Source of the DNA: Hormiphora californensis
Lineage: Eukaryota > Animalia > Ctenophora
DNA: 64,000 nucleotides
Direction: 5' to 3'
NCBI GenBank assembly: GCA_020137815.1
Contig: CM035359.1
Span: 6,262,001-6,326,000, forward strand
Shown: piece after piece, positions 32,776 through 50,788 of the stretch
Numbering within the stretch: the stretch's first letter is position 1
Layout: each line of letters starts with the position of its first letter
Position numbers and translations under genes: made by a program
The notes under the pieces: generated by a model
What the model saw: the letters and a program-made list of their open reading frames with translations, nothing else
Databases searched by the model: none
What the model was told of the DNA's origin: nothing

Positions 32776-35700
32776 ATGGTGTTACGACTGTCTGTCATTT
32801 TGGTAGTTCTACTTGCGGGGGTGTTAGCAGCTTTCGACAATCTGCCCCTCAGGGATCGAGAAAACGAGCCGGTAAATCTACTAAACACGATCACGAAATC
32901 CCTATCACGCCGGTCTGGTGTGGAAATTCATAAAAAACCCACTCGCAACAGCAAGGAACCGCAAGGAACCCTTTACCAATTATTTGGTTACGAAATAAAC
33001 CCTCACCTGTCGCGCTGGCAAGGGGTAACTTCGTAACCAAACCAATTATACCATCATTTACCAGTTTCACAGGAATTTTTATTTTCACAGGATCCCCGAG
33101 AAAGACCACTGGTAAAAATACCCGCTGTTGTGAGGAGCCTGTGTGATGGACTGCGACAACATCTCAAGGTAAAGTTTCACAGAGTCCCTCTAAAATCTCT
33201 CTAAGACATCACCACGATCTCTTTACGATCACTCTAAGACCTCTCTGAAACCCCTCCAAAATATTTACGGAGTAAACTACAACTTCGACGACATATTGTA
33301 CAGGGTGTTCATATGGGATCTTTACAAGCGTTGGGCTTCACCCAGAAAAAAGTTGATAAAATTAGGTTATGAAACTTCATACTTGGACTATTCTATACCC
33401 TCATTCAAGGTTCCTGGTGTTTCCGGAGCTCTACTACCCCTGGAAGCGTGTTTTTGGCATCAAAACTACCAGAAGGAATTTTTTGCTGGTGCTGAGACTT
33501 TGATAGAATGTTTTTTGGGTATTTTCTATGTCAATTCTAAAGTTTCATGATGATTGGATGAACTCAAAATTTCGAAAAAAGTGCCTGGAAATATCAATTT
33601 TTGTCGTTTTTGAGCTGTTTTGGGCCTTTCTAGGCAGTTTATTTGGAACTTGGTGACTAAACCACACATCCAATGATCATGAAACTTTGGAATTGACATA
33701 GAAAATACCCAAAAAACATTCTAGCAAAGTCTCAGCACCAGCAAAAAATTCCTTCTGGTAGTTTTGATGCCAAAAACACACTTCCAGGGGTAGTAGAGCT
33801 CCGGAAACACCAGGAACCTTGAATGAGGGTATAGAATAGTCCAAGTATGAAGTTTCATAACCTAATTTTATCAACTTTTTTCTGGGTGAAGCCCAACGCT
33901 TGTAAAGATCCCATATGAACACCCTGTATCTAAATTAGATTATCTAAGTTGAGCAATAGCTGCTTCCTTATATATAGCTATATCAATCATGCGACGCGAC
34001 AGAATTCAACCTTTAACTGTCTTACTGTCTTAAATACTGACTCACTCTGTTACTCTACTCTGCCACTCCCAATGGCTTGCTCCAGGCTCCTATTTCCGAG
34101 GAATTCTTATTCGCTTGTCTGCGATAGCAATATTTAAATAATCCAAAGCAATTAAAATTAAGAATGTTGCTGATAATTTCCTAGGAGTACCCAGTATATA
34201 TCAGGTTCCTATGACAACCAACAAACAAACAAACAATCTTCCTATAGGAGGAAAGTTTGCGTGGCAACAAGATCAGCAGTAAAGATGATCTGACAGACAG
34301 CGTGATGAAGAGGATTGATGGAGACCAGGATGGGTGTATATCTGCTAGTGAAATCAGGTAACATATTATGTATACTCAAAAATGACGTGACTTAAATTGA
34401 AAATTCACTATTTTCCCCGCTAATACATTGATGCATGCAGGGAAGTAGCGGAGTTATTTGGAGGATCTGAGATGGGATACAGGGTGTTGTTTGAAAAGGT
34501 CCTGGACGATGATCGGGATGGGTGTGTGACCCACCAGGAGATGGTTACTATCGTACAAGGTATTATAGACGGGGAACCGGGGTCGGCTGAGGGGGGGGGC
34601 AAGTTCTTGAAATGAATAATGACAATGAATGGGACCTATCCGCCAGGCATCTTAAACTTTAAAGGCTAGGACTCGGTGATTGGTCCCCGTCTGTTGGACA
34701 GGATATTGCACAGGATATATTTACCCTGTAACCATCTCCCCCTCCCAATTCCCGGTCCTCGATGTGTCTAGACCATCCTGTTCATTAATCATTTTATAAC
34801 CATCGATATGTTCCTGATTGACACACTCATGATATTTCCCCGGGATTGAGAGGGATATATTTTGACTGTCATGATATACTGGAAATGAGTAAAATGACCC
34901 TTCCTCCTCTCTAGATTGCATGAGACCGATGACAAAATGGACGAGAGAGGGAACCCACGAGAAGGAATATGAACCACTGATTCTAGGGTAAGATTTTTCT
35001 GAATTTCTTATTTTATAACCGCAATGATGTTGTCAGATAGCCCAATTATAATGAGTTTTACAGTCAGACTCCGATTTACTGGGATGCTAGAGGGGGAAAG
35101 GGTTCTGCCCGGTAAATCGAGTTGCCCAGTTTATCGCAGGGCCCGGTAAATCGGGGTCCGACTTTATTGGTCTCGCCAATTTTATTTTAGCATTTCAGAC
35201 TTCATCAAAAGTGTTCCATCTACCACAGAGATGATAGACTTCTTGCTGTTTCTCAATAGTAGAGAACGCGATAGTTATTTACGACAGTTTCTCTCAGATC
35301 TCCAGACGAGGTTCCTGAAGACAACCTTCCAGAAGATCTGCTTCTCGAGGAAGTCGAGGAAGAAATGTTTGCAGAACTTGAGAAAGAGGGGGCTGAAGAA
35401 GAGGAAGAAGAGGAGGAGCATCGTAGAACTGAATTTGAGAACAACAAAAAGAAAACTCTGGATAGGGGTAATTAGTACCTTATTTCAGTTTTAATATGAC
35501 AACTGACAAGACGATAAGTATAAAACATCAAAGTTATATCTATTTAGTATTAATGTTGTTGTGCATCCAATGGGGGAGGCTCAAGTTTCTAGGCTTGACA
35601 ACCCATCAGAATTTAAACGGCAACGACTTCGACAACTTCTAGTTCAGCAGAACTATTTTTGAAGCATATTCTCTCTATTTCTAGGCTGTACAAAGGCTGA

Positions 35701-38700
35701 CATAATAATCGTGATCATTGTATCCGTACTTCATTTGTACTGCCAGAGAGAATATTAAAAACTCTGGCAATCAAATATGAGGCTAATATAAAACAGTTAC
35801 CTGATCATACAACGTTATCTAGTTTCGAAGCAGTGTCTCGATTAATTTCATTTAGATATTATATGAAAATTATATTCGACAACAACTGGAGAAATCGAAC
35901 TGGAGAAATCGAATCGTTAACATTTACTACGTTTAGGCATCAAAGAGCTTATTTGTGCTGTTCTGAGAAGGCGAGATAGTGAAATTGATAACGCCCTAAG
36001 CAAGATGTTCAGTGCTGTTGAAGGTGATATAGAGCTTGGATTAGACGGAAATCAGGTAAATGAGAAATTAACGTGGGACGTCGTTCAATTAAACTAACAT
36101 TCGACAAGAGGATGGTAAACGAGACTTCTGGCGACCACTGTATGATTTGTAGCAAACATACTTGACCCCCCTATTATAATACAGCATGCATAATGCCTCA
36201 GAAAATATTTGAACAATACATTTACATGATGGCTCCTAGACAGTATAATGAACAATGCAATTAATTAGTACAGCGTGATCTAATGTGTCTCCATTAATCT
36301 CTGCAGTTCTTTGAATTCCTTGCCGGGGCCCGGGTTCCCCGAGTAGAGACGGACGATATCTACAATGCCATGGATACTGATGCTAACGGCATGGTAAATA
36401 GTAAATTCAGTGATATAGTGTAAATACAATGCCGTCAATAGGTCCAAATAAGGCATAGAGCTTTTCTGAATCAGGTTTTTAAGACGAATCCAACGAAAAA
36501 TTACTATTTACTACACGTGATTTATTGCCTTGCTTCCCCGAGCCCCGGGTTTGAACAAAACAAGCGATATACTGAGTCCAATACACATCTTCAATTATAG
36601 TTGACTACGGAGGAGCTGTTGACAGCAGTGGATAATTGCCCGGAGCGAGAGAGAGTTAACATACCTGTAGTGGACACTAAACCTTACATCCGAGAACCCG
36701 GTAATTAATTAATCAATTAATTATAGTTAATTTGTTACAACTTGTAACAAATTAACTATAATTAATAATACAAGTGAATCAATGGAATTGAATGGACCAT
36801 AAATAGAAAAACAAACCTTCTAAACTCTACTGCAGCCAATTAGATTTCTTAAGATATAATTAACATTTTCTCCAGTTATCGAATGTCCCACGGAGCGAGA
36901 ACAATACAAATTCCTCCGCACCCGGGCCATGAAATTCCTTGGAACGTACGGAGCGGAGAGGACAGACGTTCGTGCGATGGCAGAGGCTTTCTATACTAGC
37001 TTTACTGGAGGTGATCTTGAAACAGTAAGTGCCAGGAATGGAACTATAACTCTCGTTGGTGACATGGACACCCGTGTGAGATCTTGGTGACATATAGACA
37101 CCTGGCGCGCCAGGTGTCTATGTCACCAATGTGACATCGACGTCGCACGCGACTGAGATCGAAGCGAGAATAGGTGGGAATGGCACCAATAACTCTTGTT
37201 ATACATTTTATGAAATAAGACGGTGTATCGAGAAACACGGCTGCATAGCTAGACACGGTATCGGGCAGTATAGTAAAGAGGTAAATTACTAGAGAAACTA
37301 AGCGATCGACCGAAGTTATTGGTCCCTTGTTACATCACGTACGTTGTCCACTGGGGCTGGTATTATATCACGTGGTATTAAGTATCTGTATGGCGGCGCC
37401 ATACCCCATTTGATTCTCAAATAATCTGAGCGCGCGACAGTGCGCTCAGATGGGTTGCGGCGCCAGACAGTTAAGTATCATGTCTACTAAACTGTTGCAG
37501 CCTGCAGGATCTAAGTATATATTATATATATCATGACGCAACAACATAGTAGGATCAGCACCAAGTACTATTTAGGCTAAATTGAAACCATTGAGAACTC
37601 AGGCCAGTATATGACCCCATTCAATATATGATAGGGCGGGACACCATGATGTGATTTAAAATCCAAACAGCTGCATTTGTTCTAGAAGGAATACTGGGGA
37701 TCGCCGGGAGGACAACCTGTATATGAAGAATTAATAGAGATTATAGCAAGGTGTTTGACAACTGTTATACTTATTTCGAATGTTGCAAAATAGCAAAAGC
37801 CAGCTCAGGCGCTTTCGGGAGAAGATGGCTTATTGGCTTGTTGAGAACTTTTTAAGAAACTAGGTTCCTGTGAGAACTGTAGTGCGGGGGCGTTAGTCCA
37901 TTAACGTCCATCACACCATCACGTGATACTATTTATAGATTGTGCGGTTTAGATCTCTCTCTTAAGTGCAAATGGCTTCAGTCATGGTGTCTCGTTCAGA
38001 CCTTCTCCCTCTCTGTGATGGTAGAGCAATAGTAGTATTGTAGTAGCTATTGCTCTTTAACAACTATACCATCACAGAGAGGGAGATTATAGTACCAAGG
38101 CTGAATCCATTTGGCAATTAAGAGAGATACTAATATTAGTATGAACAATACAAATTTCGAACAACGTGCGACTAAAACAGGAATAAATATTGTTTTTAAG
38201 ATTACAAACTACCAAAAGAAGTATTTTAACCCTTTGAGGGCGATAGGTCATATATGACACGGTCCATTCTAGACCGTCTGGAAGGCGCTACATGATGTCT
38301 TGGTGGCTAATTTTTTGTCACAAGCTAGTTTTAGGGATTTTGAACCCAAAACCACGTCCAAATCTGCTCGGAAAATCGAAGAAATTTTTTTATGGCCCTT
38401 CTCGGGAGACTAATTTAGGCCTTTTTTTAAAAACCAATAGTTGATAGAAGTTTATGGACAACTGAGACAATTATTTTATTCCAGGAAATAAATCACACGA
38501 CGGTTTCGTCGAACATCGACATCATCAGGCTGCTCAAATTAATTTGTTTAAAGTAGTGTTGAAAAGTTTGAAACTTTTCAACACTACTTTAAACAAATTA
38601 ATTTGAGCAGCCTGATGATGTCGATGTTCGACGAAACCGTCGTGTGATTTATTTCCTGGAATAAAATAATTGTCTCAGTTGTCCATAAACTTCTATCAAC

Positions 38701-41700
38701 TATTGAAGATGAGACTCATATCAAGCGTGGCAACACATGAACTTTATAACTTTTTAAAAACCCCTCTCAAATTTTTGTTTTTGAGGGGCACAAATAATCC
38801 TTTGAAGGGATAAAACTACTTGACATAACAAATCAAATGCAAAAAACCGCATCAAAAAATATTGAAAATTGAATGAGTTATTAACGTTTTAGTCGTTGTA
38901 TCATATATGACTCTATCGTCCGTAAGGGAATTCTAGTAACAAATGTCATTTGTGCAAAAGTATGGGTCCAATAGTCAAATTTTATGCTTTGAGGCAGTCT
39001 ATAGCTATAATTTCTACAATCTTGAACGGTTTTTACTAGAAAAATACCCCAAATTCTACATTTTGTATCATATATGACTCTATCGTCCCAATTGGTAAAT
39101 TCTCCAAAAACATCCATAACTCGGGCTAGAAAAGGAGCTAAGAGTCAAATCAGGGCACTAAACTGTGTAGAATCATCGCATTAGTGGGGGTAGAGCACAT
39201 ATTTAGGTCGCTATCTTGCCCCCTAATTGAGATAATTGGATAATTAGCCAATTATCTGTCGCGCGCATGCTAATAAATGAAACTTTGCTTTGGGAAGGAG
39301 TTATGAGGCAAATGGGGGCATTAAAACGTGTAGAATCATCACATTAGTGGGGTTAGAGCACATATTTAGGTCTCTATCTGTACCCCTAATTGAGATAATC
39401 GGATAATTAGCTAATTAGTTATACAAGACAAATGGGGGCACTAAAATGTGTAAAATCGTCGCCTTAGTAGAGGCAAAGCACATAGCTGAGTTTCTATTCC
39501 CGCTCCTAATTGAGATAATTGGATAATTAGCTAATTGACGGTTGCATAATGCCCCCTTTTCACCATAAACCGTGGTTTCTGGCTAATCCTGAGCTCTTTT
39601 GTTCAATCTAAGGCCCTTCTAGCATGCCTTTACCCATTTGTATCACCTTTGACTCGTTTTACACACTAATATAGCACTCTATACAACCCTAGACACCGCC
39701 TTCAGCTCTTTAGAACCCTCTTGCTTAATCCTAGACCTCTCATAATTTCGAGATTCATACACCTTCCTAACCGATTTTTTTGGGATATCCTATTGCTCCT
39801 ACAAGACGTTCAACCCCTAATGTACTACAGTTTCCCATTTTATTATTGGACACACAGTTTAGATTCCCCCTACATTATTTCTCCTCATCACTCTCACAAT
39901 CTCATTTGCCACTAAGGAAACTTCTCATGAACTCCATCGGAAACTAAGATGATCTGTAGAAGGCGTTTAGTATGGTGTAACGTATGAGAGGTCTAGCTAG
40001 GAGTAGTATGAAGCAAGGGGGTTGTACAGAGCTGAAGTCGGCGTCTAGGGTTGTATAGAGTGCTATATTATTGTGTAAAACGAGTCAAAGGTGATACAAA
40101 TGGGGTAAAGGGATGCCAAAAGATCATTAGATTGAACAAAAGAGGTCAGGATTAGCCAGAAACCACGGTATATGGTGAAAAGGGGGCATTATGCAACCTT
40201 CAATTAGCTAATTATCCAATTATCTCAGTTAGGAGCGGGAATAGAAACTCAGCTATGTGCTCTGCCCCCACTAAGGTGACGATTTTACACATTTTAGTGC
40301 CCCCATTTGTTTGTATACTCCGCCAAATTTAATTTTTTAGCGCTGGAGGGCAACTAATTAGCTAATTATCCAATTATCTCAATTAGGGGGCAAGATAGCG
40401 ACCTAAATATGTGCTCTACCCCCACTAATGCGATGATTCTACACAGTTTAGTGCCCTGATTTGACTCTTAGCTCCTTTTCTAGCCCGAGTTATGGATGTT
40501 TTTGGAGAATTTACCAATTGGGACGATAGAGTCATATATGATACAAAATGTAGAATTTGGGGTATTTTTCTAGTAAAAACCGTTCAAGATCGTAGAAATT
40601 ATAGCTACAGACTGCCTCAAAGCATAAAATTTGACTATTGGACCCATACTTTTGCACAAATGACATTTGTTACTAGAATTCCCTTACGGACGATAGAGTC
40701 ATATATGACACAGTGGGCCCAGCAAAAACTACATGTCGAAACTTCAAATTTCTTTTTCGAGGTAGTTTGTGGTAATAATATCTACTTATAAACGAAAAAT
40801 TAGAAAAATCTATCGAGCCAATCCTTCTCGTCCTTAAAGGGTTAATGACCAAAAACATCCATAATTATTTCTCCAATAAACACTGATCTGGGGCACGGAG
40901 AGAGAGAGGGCCGAGGGGAGAATAAGGAAAACTAATTTCTCCTTTACCAGGTCATCTCCCCCCGGGATCTAGACATTCCTGAGTCTTGTGTTAAGGAGTG
41001 TTGGGGAGAGCTTGATAGCAACAAAGATGGGTATCTTGATCTCCAGGAATTCAACCGTATCTCTCGTGAGTTGTACCGGCCTGCAGTTAAGCTGTACCAT
41101 GTGGGGATGTAAAAAAACGAGCCCCCCTTAATTTATCATAGTTCCCGATATACTGAATAGCACTTAGCTAAAAACTAAAACATATTTCGTATATATCCTG
41201 AGGCTGTGTTGTTCACAATCAATCTAAAACTAAAATATCTCCTTCAGTTGACATCTTGGAGGAGTTTATTGAAAAGCCAGCACGGGAGGAGGAGAGGAAG
41301 ACTCGACCTGCCTTCTGTGATCCCCGAAATTAGGATGGAGGAAGTAGAGGCAATGAACGGAGCAGACAGGGAAATACTGACTGGAGTGGTAGTCAACACA
41401 TGTAAGCGAACTGAATATAATTAAAGAATTCTATAAAGTTCTAGAAACTACTTCTAGAATTTTGATTATAATTGTATGGCATGCACCCATATAACATTGG
41501 GTAGATTGAGTAAACGGCTGCAACATCTATATATTGGAGAGGGAGCTACCTATATATATAGGTATATATATACCTATATAGAAAACACTCTCAAAGTGCT
41601 ATGAATATCGACGCACACAACTCATTACTCAACTGCAAGGGAGCTCTCTCTCATTTTTTATTGTCTCGCCAGCAATTTCTCTGAACATCCATTTTCTATA

Positions 41701-41729
41701 ACCTCTCTCTCTACAACACTGGGTTTGAA

Positions 41730-41822
<93 letters not shown>

Positions 41823-42699
41823 ACTAATAAAGATAGAGAGAGAATGGTTAGCCAACCTATAATCAACCGTTGCGTGACTATATTACCATATTGGCATCGC
41901 AATCTAAAACATAAACACACAGCTCGAATCGTTGGCTAAGATAATAATAATATTACAATTTGTTTGTAACCAAAACATTTTTTCATTTTGTAGAGAAAGC
42001 AAGTGCTGCAGAGAGAGGGTCAGAGGGAGGGTCAGAGGGAGGGTCAGAGGGAGGGTCAGAGAAAGAGAGAAAGAGAAAGTCAGAACGTGGAGAAAGATTG
42101 ACCAGTCGAGTTAGATTGTTATAGGGCTAGGCCATTCATTTCAGTACAAAAGATAGAGATTAGGGAGGGGTTTCCCGAGAGAGTTTGTTTGTATCATGAG
42201 GCATGGACGGATTTATATCAGAACATATATGTGAGCACGCGATCCGAGAGTCTGAATCAGACAAGCATTAGATGAAAGTAGGAGCTGCAAAGATTGGATT
42301 AAAGTTTATATCAGGGCTACCCCCATGTACGCGGTTTGTATAATATTTCCCTCCCCCTTCAAGATCGTGAACTGAACGTGAGGGTAGGCGAGGAGGATGC
42401 CCTGAAGATTGCAGCTAAACTATCTCAGAACAGGGAAGTCATCCAACTTCTCAACAAAGTCAGAGATTTAGGACCAAACTCGGAGGCTTTTGACACCCTT
42501 AAACGGTAGGATACATACCTTGGTGACATAGACAACTGGTGCGACCGAGATTGTACGGGGGTCGCGCCAGGTGTCTATGTTACCAACATATCACCTTTGT
42601 CAAAGTTAACTTTATACTTTCTGCCAAATTTTCCACTAGAAAATAACAATTCCTTTCAGACTTGTCCGCCCTATTGTTGAGAGATTATCAAGGCACTGA
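32776..42699 (+). CDS. Multi-exon secreted multi-EF-hand acidic protein
   Basis: Signal peptide MVLRLSVILVVLLAGVLA. EF-hand loops DGDQDGCISASE (~34317), DDDRDGCVTHQE (~34505), DTDANGM|LTTEE (~36374/36601) and DSNKDGYLDLQE (~41014). Glu-rich exon at ~35299-35468. Last exon ...LVRPIVERLSRH* ends at 42699. Middle exons are only partly resolved; apparent +1 indel near 41283. Confidence 0.72.
33301..33926. mobile_element. Palindromic Tc1/mariner-type MITE, family A copy 3 (intronic)
   Basis: TA|CAGGGTGTTCATATGGG...CCCATATGAACACCCTG|TA. Confidence 0.92.
37084..37129. mobile_element. Tiny palindromic repeat family TTGGTGACATAGACACCTGGCGCG...
   Basis: Related hairpin elements at ~42520-42586 and ~62229-62296. 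Confidence 0.6.
37386..37470. mobile_element. MITE, same family as 1093-1170, inverted
   Basis: 8-bp TSD TTAAGTAT at 37378-37385 and 37471-37478; termini CTGTATGGCGGCGCC...GCGCCAGACAG. Confidence 0.85.
38230..40841. mobile_element. Non-autonomous piggyBac-type element with long internal inverted repeats (intronic)
   Basis: TTAA|CCCTTTGAGGGCGA...TCGTCCTTAAAGGG|TTAA. Internal inverted arms at ~38897-39720 and ~40010-40710. Near-perfect ~270-bp hairpin at 38435-38705. No transposase ORF. Confidence 0.85.
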
Positions 42700-44553
42700 C
42701 GAAGATAGGAAGGTGGCGTGTTTTAAGATTATTACGGCAATTGTTCGCTATCAGGACGAGAGACAATATTGTTATGTAGACGATAGGAATTTAGTATGCA
42801 GTGACCCATCTGTATTTTGCACCTTTTATCGTTATTAAAACACGTTTCTCGTTACAACCGACTCCGAGGGTAAGAACACTGAATCACCGCAAAACGTTTA
42901 CTATTCTTGTGCACTCTCAAGTCTCACGCAACACTTGCGTAATGCGAATTAGAACCAGAAGCAAAGAGCTACGTCAGGACATGTTAGGGTTTGAAGAATC
43001 CTAGGGCGGATACCAAAGTGAAACTCATTAAGGATTTTATGTTGTTAAGTAAAACCAAACTAAAAAGGCCCTCGCTTTGGTAGGGAATTTTGAGGTTAGC
43101 TAGCTTAGGTAGAACTGGATCCTAACCTCAAAATTCCCCATCTCATCAGGGAATTCTCTATATCTCATCAGGGGAGCTAACATTTCATAAAACCCAAGTT
43201 TCTGAGAGCCGAGAGGCGCCGTTACGATCTGGGTGTTTGGAGGCCTGTTTATAACAGGCATGTGCGCTGCCAAAAAAGTACCCTGCACTAAAATGGCTCT
43301 AACCGCCAAACCACTCAACCTTTTTGGCTGATTCAAAGTTTATCTGATAGTTAAGAGTGGTGCACCGTGTTTTCTCACAAAACTTAGTCGATGAACGGGG
43401 AGTACCCATCTGAGCGCACTGAATCAAATCGGGTATCATGGCGCCGCCATAGTGCAGACACACTGAAGTTGAGCGCTCAACCTCGCGATAAAGGACACCT
43501 CGAGAGATGTACCAGTGAATCAGTGAATAGCATCTTACAAACGATTTCTCAGCCGAAAATGGGTTTGAGGACACATTGTGGAAAGTCTGAGGACACATTG
43601 AGTAACGGTTGCACAAAAAGTATATTTGACATTAGGAGAGTCGAACAGGAAAGGTCGTGAAACACAAGGAAAGTTTCTATTCGGTATTTCGAATCCTTGC
43701 TAGCTCTCACTAGTGTATAAAAAGGGCTCATGTCACTTTATGGCACAGACCTGGTTCTTAACGGGGCCAGCGTTCTGCGGAATCAAAATCCTGAGATTTC
43801 GTGAGCACATTCTTTGAACAGGGAACATGCAGTACCATTCGTACATGCAATCCCTACAATTATTATAGAGAGGTAATGACTAATGAGACTGAGACATGGA
43901 TAATGGATATCATTCTAGATTGTGGTAGGACGATAGTAGGGCCATATTGTAATAGAAAAAGCATATTCATCAGTATCACGACCTAACCTGAACCAATATC
44001 CATCTTTCCATTTCCAACAATTACCAATACCAGTCCATTCAATTTTTCACTGATTATATTCTACAGCTGCTAATTTTTTTCTTTTAATAGTCAATAGTCA
44101 TCTTTTGAAATCTTCTCACAGTCACACTGTCACAGTCTCGACTAATGATCAAATCATAGGAAACATCGTTTCTAAATTATCCATATTATGATTTTCAATT
44201 TCATATATCCGCGGACGGACACACCATGATGGAATACTGCTAATTTATTGTTAATGCGTGTTGTGTGTGCAGGATTGTGTGTTTGATATTGCATGTCAAA
44301 CGTACTTCTTCCAACAGCTGTCCAATGTGTTTTACTGAGAGGATCTCTCAGCCGCCAAGTCTTTTTATTTTTACTTCTCTGTCTACCTATTATAGGTATA
44401 ATAATACCTATCTCCGGCTCCCTATATTACAGCTATCCCCGCGTATATTGACGTTGACACGTTATAAGCATTTTTCTTTGTTATTGGTTCTGCTGTGTCA
44501 GATGAGGTGAAGAAACCGGATAGTGAGAAGAGAGAGAAGAGAGAGAAACTGAA

Positions 44554-44687
<134 letters not shown>

Positions 44688-45852
44688 TTATTTTCATATC
44701 AACTATTGCACCCGGAAAACGCACACTACTTGTGATATGTGTACTGCAGGGGGGACAGCAGAGCGTGTTGGTTTTTGCTTTTCCGTGTATACTGCTCAGA
44801 GTGTACCGACCACTTCACTATACCAGGTACTATAACAGTACTGCATTCTATTAAATTTATACAATATCTTCTTACATACATAATATGAACTTCCTCTTGG
44901 AATGGCAGTGCTGGTAGGTATAGGATAACAGCAATATTAGTACATGCATGAAGCACTATATACACAGTTTACTTTTACCACTTGTAGAATGCATTAAAAT
45001 GGCGTGTACAGTACGTGTCGTGTACAACATGTACTTGTATAATAGTTGCAGTGCAACTTGCACCTATAATTGTACACATTTCCATCATTTATACTTCCCA
45101 TCACACTGATTATATGAGGAAATCCCTGAGAAAGCAATTTTCTTGCCGCTTGGCGCTTGTAGTTATTTTATCCGTCGATAGGCTAGGCAAGACCTATACC
45201 GTTTTATTGCTAGACTGAATTACAGAGAGACCCTTTACAGAGAGATAGAGTGCTGCAGTAGTACTTTGTACATTGAACTGTGTTTCTAATTGTCAACACA
45301 CTGGACAATATGCGAGGCTTACGTGTGACTAAACATGAGTCACAGTGTGACTCTCTGTAGATGATGTTTTAGACTGCTAAACAAGAAGCCGGTATATTTG
45401 ATGTTTGTTCTAATTTTTGAAATAACTGGCCATTTGTTCGCGAAATGATTAAAACCTCAAGTTGCTGTTGAGATTGCATATGGTATTTTCCCCGTGGTCT
45501 AATTAGATTGCCTGCTGTACAGCCGGCAGACTCTTATCACTAACCATACGTAGATAACAATTGCGTCATATGGGAGCCGTTTCCTGTTACAGGAAGCTGA
45601 TAGGAAGAGAGAGAAAGACTGGAGAAATAGACAACAGCTTTATCACTAGTTTTCTCTTTTCCGTATTATTAGAGCTTTATATGACATGTTTATTCAATAT
45701 TCAAGTTGATTTGGCTGACTGGCTGAGATCTTCCTTTATAAGGCAAACATCCTGAGTCGATCACTAGCATCATTGATCACCTGAGTTTGTGTAACATTCT
45801 TTGCTTTGTCCGCCACTTGATATTAGCTAACTTACATTGTAACAGTAGTGTC

Positions 45853-48659
<2,807 letters not shown>

Positions 48660-50734
48660 TGATGAGAGAGTTAAGGAGGTTTGGGAAGTTGAGGATGGAA
48701 TAGGTCATGGGTAGTGACGGAGAAACTGTTGGACATTTTTCTGTTTTTTCAAGACGGGAAAGAGCTGGTTCTTTGTCAAGAAGGTTTTGTTTGTAATTCG
48801 GGGCATGTAACTAAATATCTAAAATGGATATGTTGACGTGATGACGGTTTCTTTTAAACTTTAAAAAAAGTCTATAATCTATTTTCCATAAGGGAGTACA
48901 TCCAGTACCTATTTCCTGTAGTTTTCCCATAGGGAAATAATTACGGGAGATGTCATGTCGGTAACCTTGAAGTTTCCTAACCGAGAAACTTAAAAAATCG
49001 GAAAAAACTTCAACTTCTTAACGGGCCGACAAGGCCGAGGGTCGGTCTCGGACCAGGGCTGTCAGAGCATTGACCTGACACTGACAGTTAAGGGGACATT
49101 ATTAGAAGCCATACAATGCCTAAAGGTAACAGTCAGATGAATTTGCTGTAACTTCATTTCAAAAACTCTAGTATTTGCATTTCATAGAATTCTATATGCA
49201 GGAATTTGATCGTGGCCGGGAGCTATTATAAACCCCTATTATATACTCTGAAATAACTTGTTGAGTAAGGGGGAAGACAATCTTCCCCCTTACTCAACAA
49301 TAATTGCGTTATTTCTTAAGAAATAACGCAATTATGATCCGGCCAATGATTATCCCTTATACGACATCATGGATAAGTTTCTCCTTATCAGTCCTTCAAG
49401 ATATGTATCTTATACAATATCATGTAGTTACATGTGTTTTTCTGTGATTATCACTTTTCTTAGAAACACACAATCTTCTTCTTCTATAGCGTATTGCTTT
49501 CTAGAAAATAGATTGCATTGCTTATTGGCTTTGATCGCAATGATATTTTGCCATACAAGTATTTGTTGAGTATGGGGTCTGAATTATTGTTATGTTCTAA
49601 CCCTCAATCCTTTACATTGGGGGGGGGGGGGGAACAGAGTCTAGCTAGGCAACTGGGGTACACCTATATACATATAACTAATAACTTCTGAAAGTCATGC
49701 TCATCGTTTCAAAATAACAAAAACGCTACTCATTTATCTAGATAAATCGTATCAGTTCCATATTTGCAGTGTAATGATTGGTAGTTTTTTCTACTAATTA
49801 AAATTTTAAAAGTTCCCTTTGATGTATAGCATTGCACGCTTTGAACGTGTTTTAAGCAGCGGGATATTCAAAAGGAGGGGGATTATCATTTCAACGCTAT
49901 GCTCCTTCTGCATTTAGGAGGGAATGAAGTTTATAGTGAGAATTGAGAGGAAAGAGTATGAGAGAAAGGGATTGGAGAAGGAGAGAAATGGATTGAGTGA
50001 ACGGGAGATAAAGAGAAGTGTGAGAAGTGAGGATAGATAAAATTCTTTGTGATTTAGTCTTGCTTAGTGCATTTAAATCTGATCTGTATGTGGGCTGACA
50101 AATAAACGTTAGGTTTTATTTTCTAAATTAAACGGTAGCTAAACTGCATCGAATATTGATATATTGAGATACGCTCCCTGTATAATTGTACAATCTACAA
50201 TCTACATGCCTCATGAAACCCTTACAACGTACAATTACATAAGCATCACACCTATAATAACAGCAATACTCTACAGTCCATCATTTGTAGTTTGTATAGT
50301 GGAGTATACATGTTTTGAACTTTTCCATTGAGTATCGGGTCATGGCATTGGCGAAACACTGGGTCATGGCATTGGCGAAAAAAAAGGTTTTCGTGGAACT
50401 TTTTTATGAAACTGAGTATAATTGGACGATTCTTATTTGTATGACGTGATAAACACATATTAGGGTATATACGTTGCAACGTAAATACCCTAATATGTTG
50501 GCTCTATAATTGGATCAATGAGGCTTGAAACAGGTCGGAAAAGGAAACTAATTTCAGTTCTGAAGGGTACACAGCCAGGATATATTGGGCGTGGTTCATC
50601 TGTTATTTTATTGGCCCACCCCATTGTAGAACCATGTGGAGTAATAATCTACTTCCCTACCTGTCAGTGCATGCAAAAAGCTTATGATTGGTTTTCTCGA
50701 GAAAACCAATCATAAGCTTTACCTCTATCTCATC

Positions 50735-50788
<54 letters not shown>

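Noticed and set aside
43000-43800. Coding-like composition downstream of the EF-hand gene
   Set aside because: Only short ORFs and fragments of local MITE families; no supportable product.
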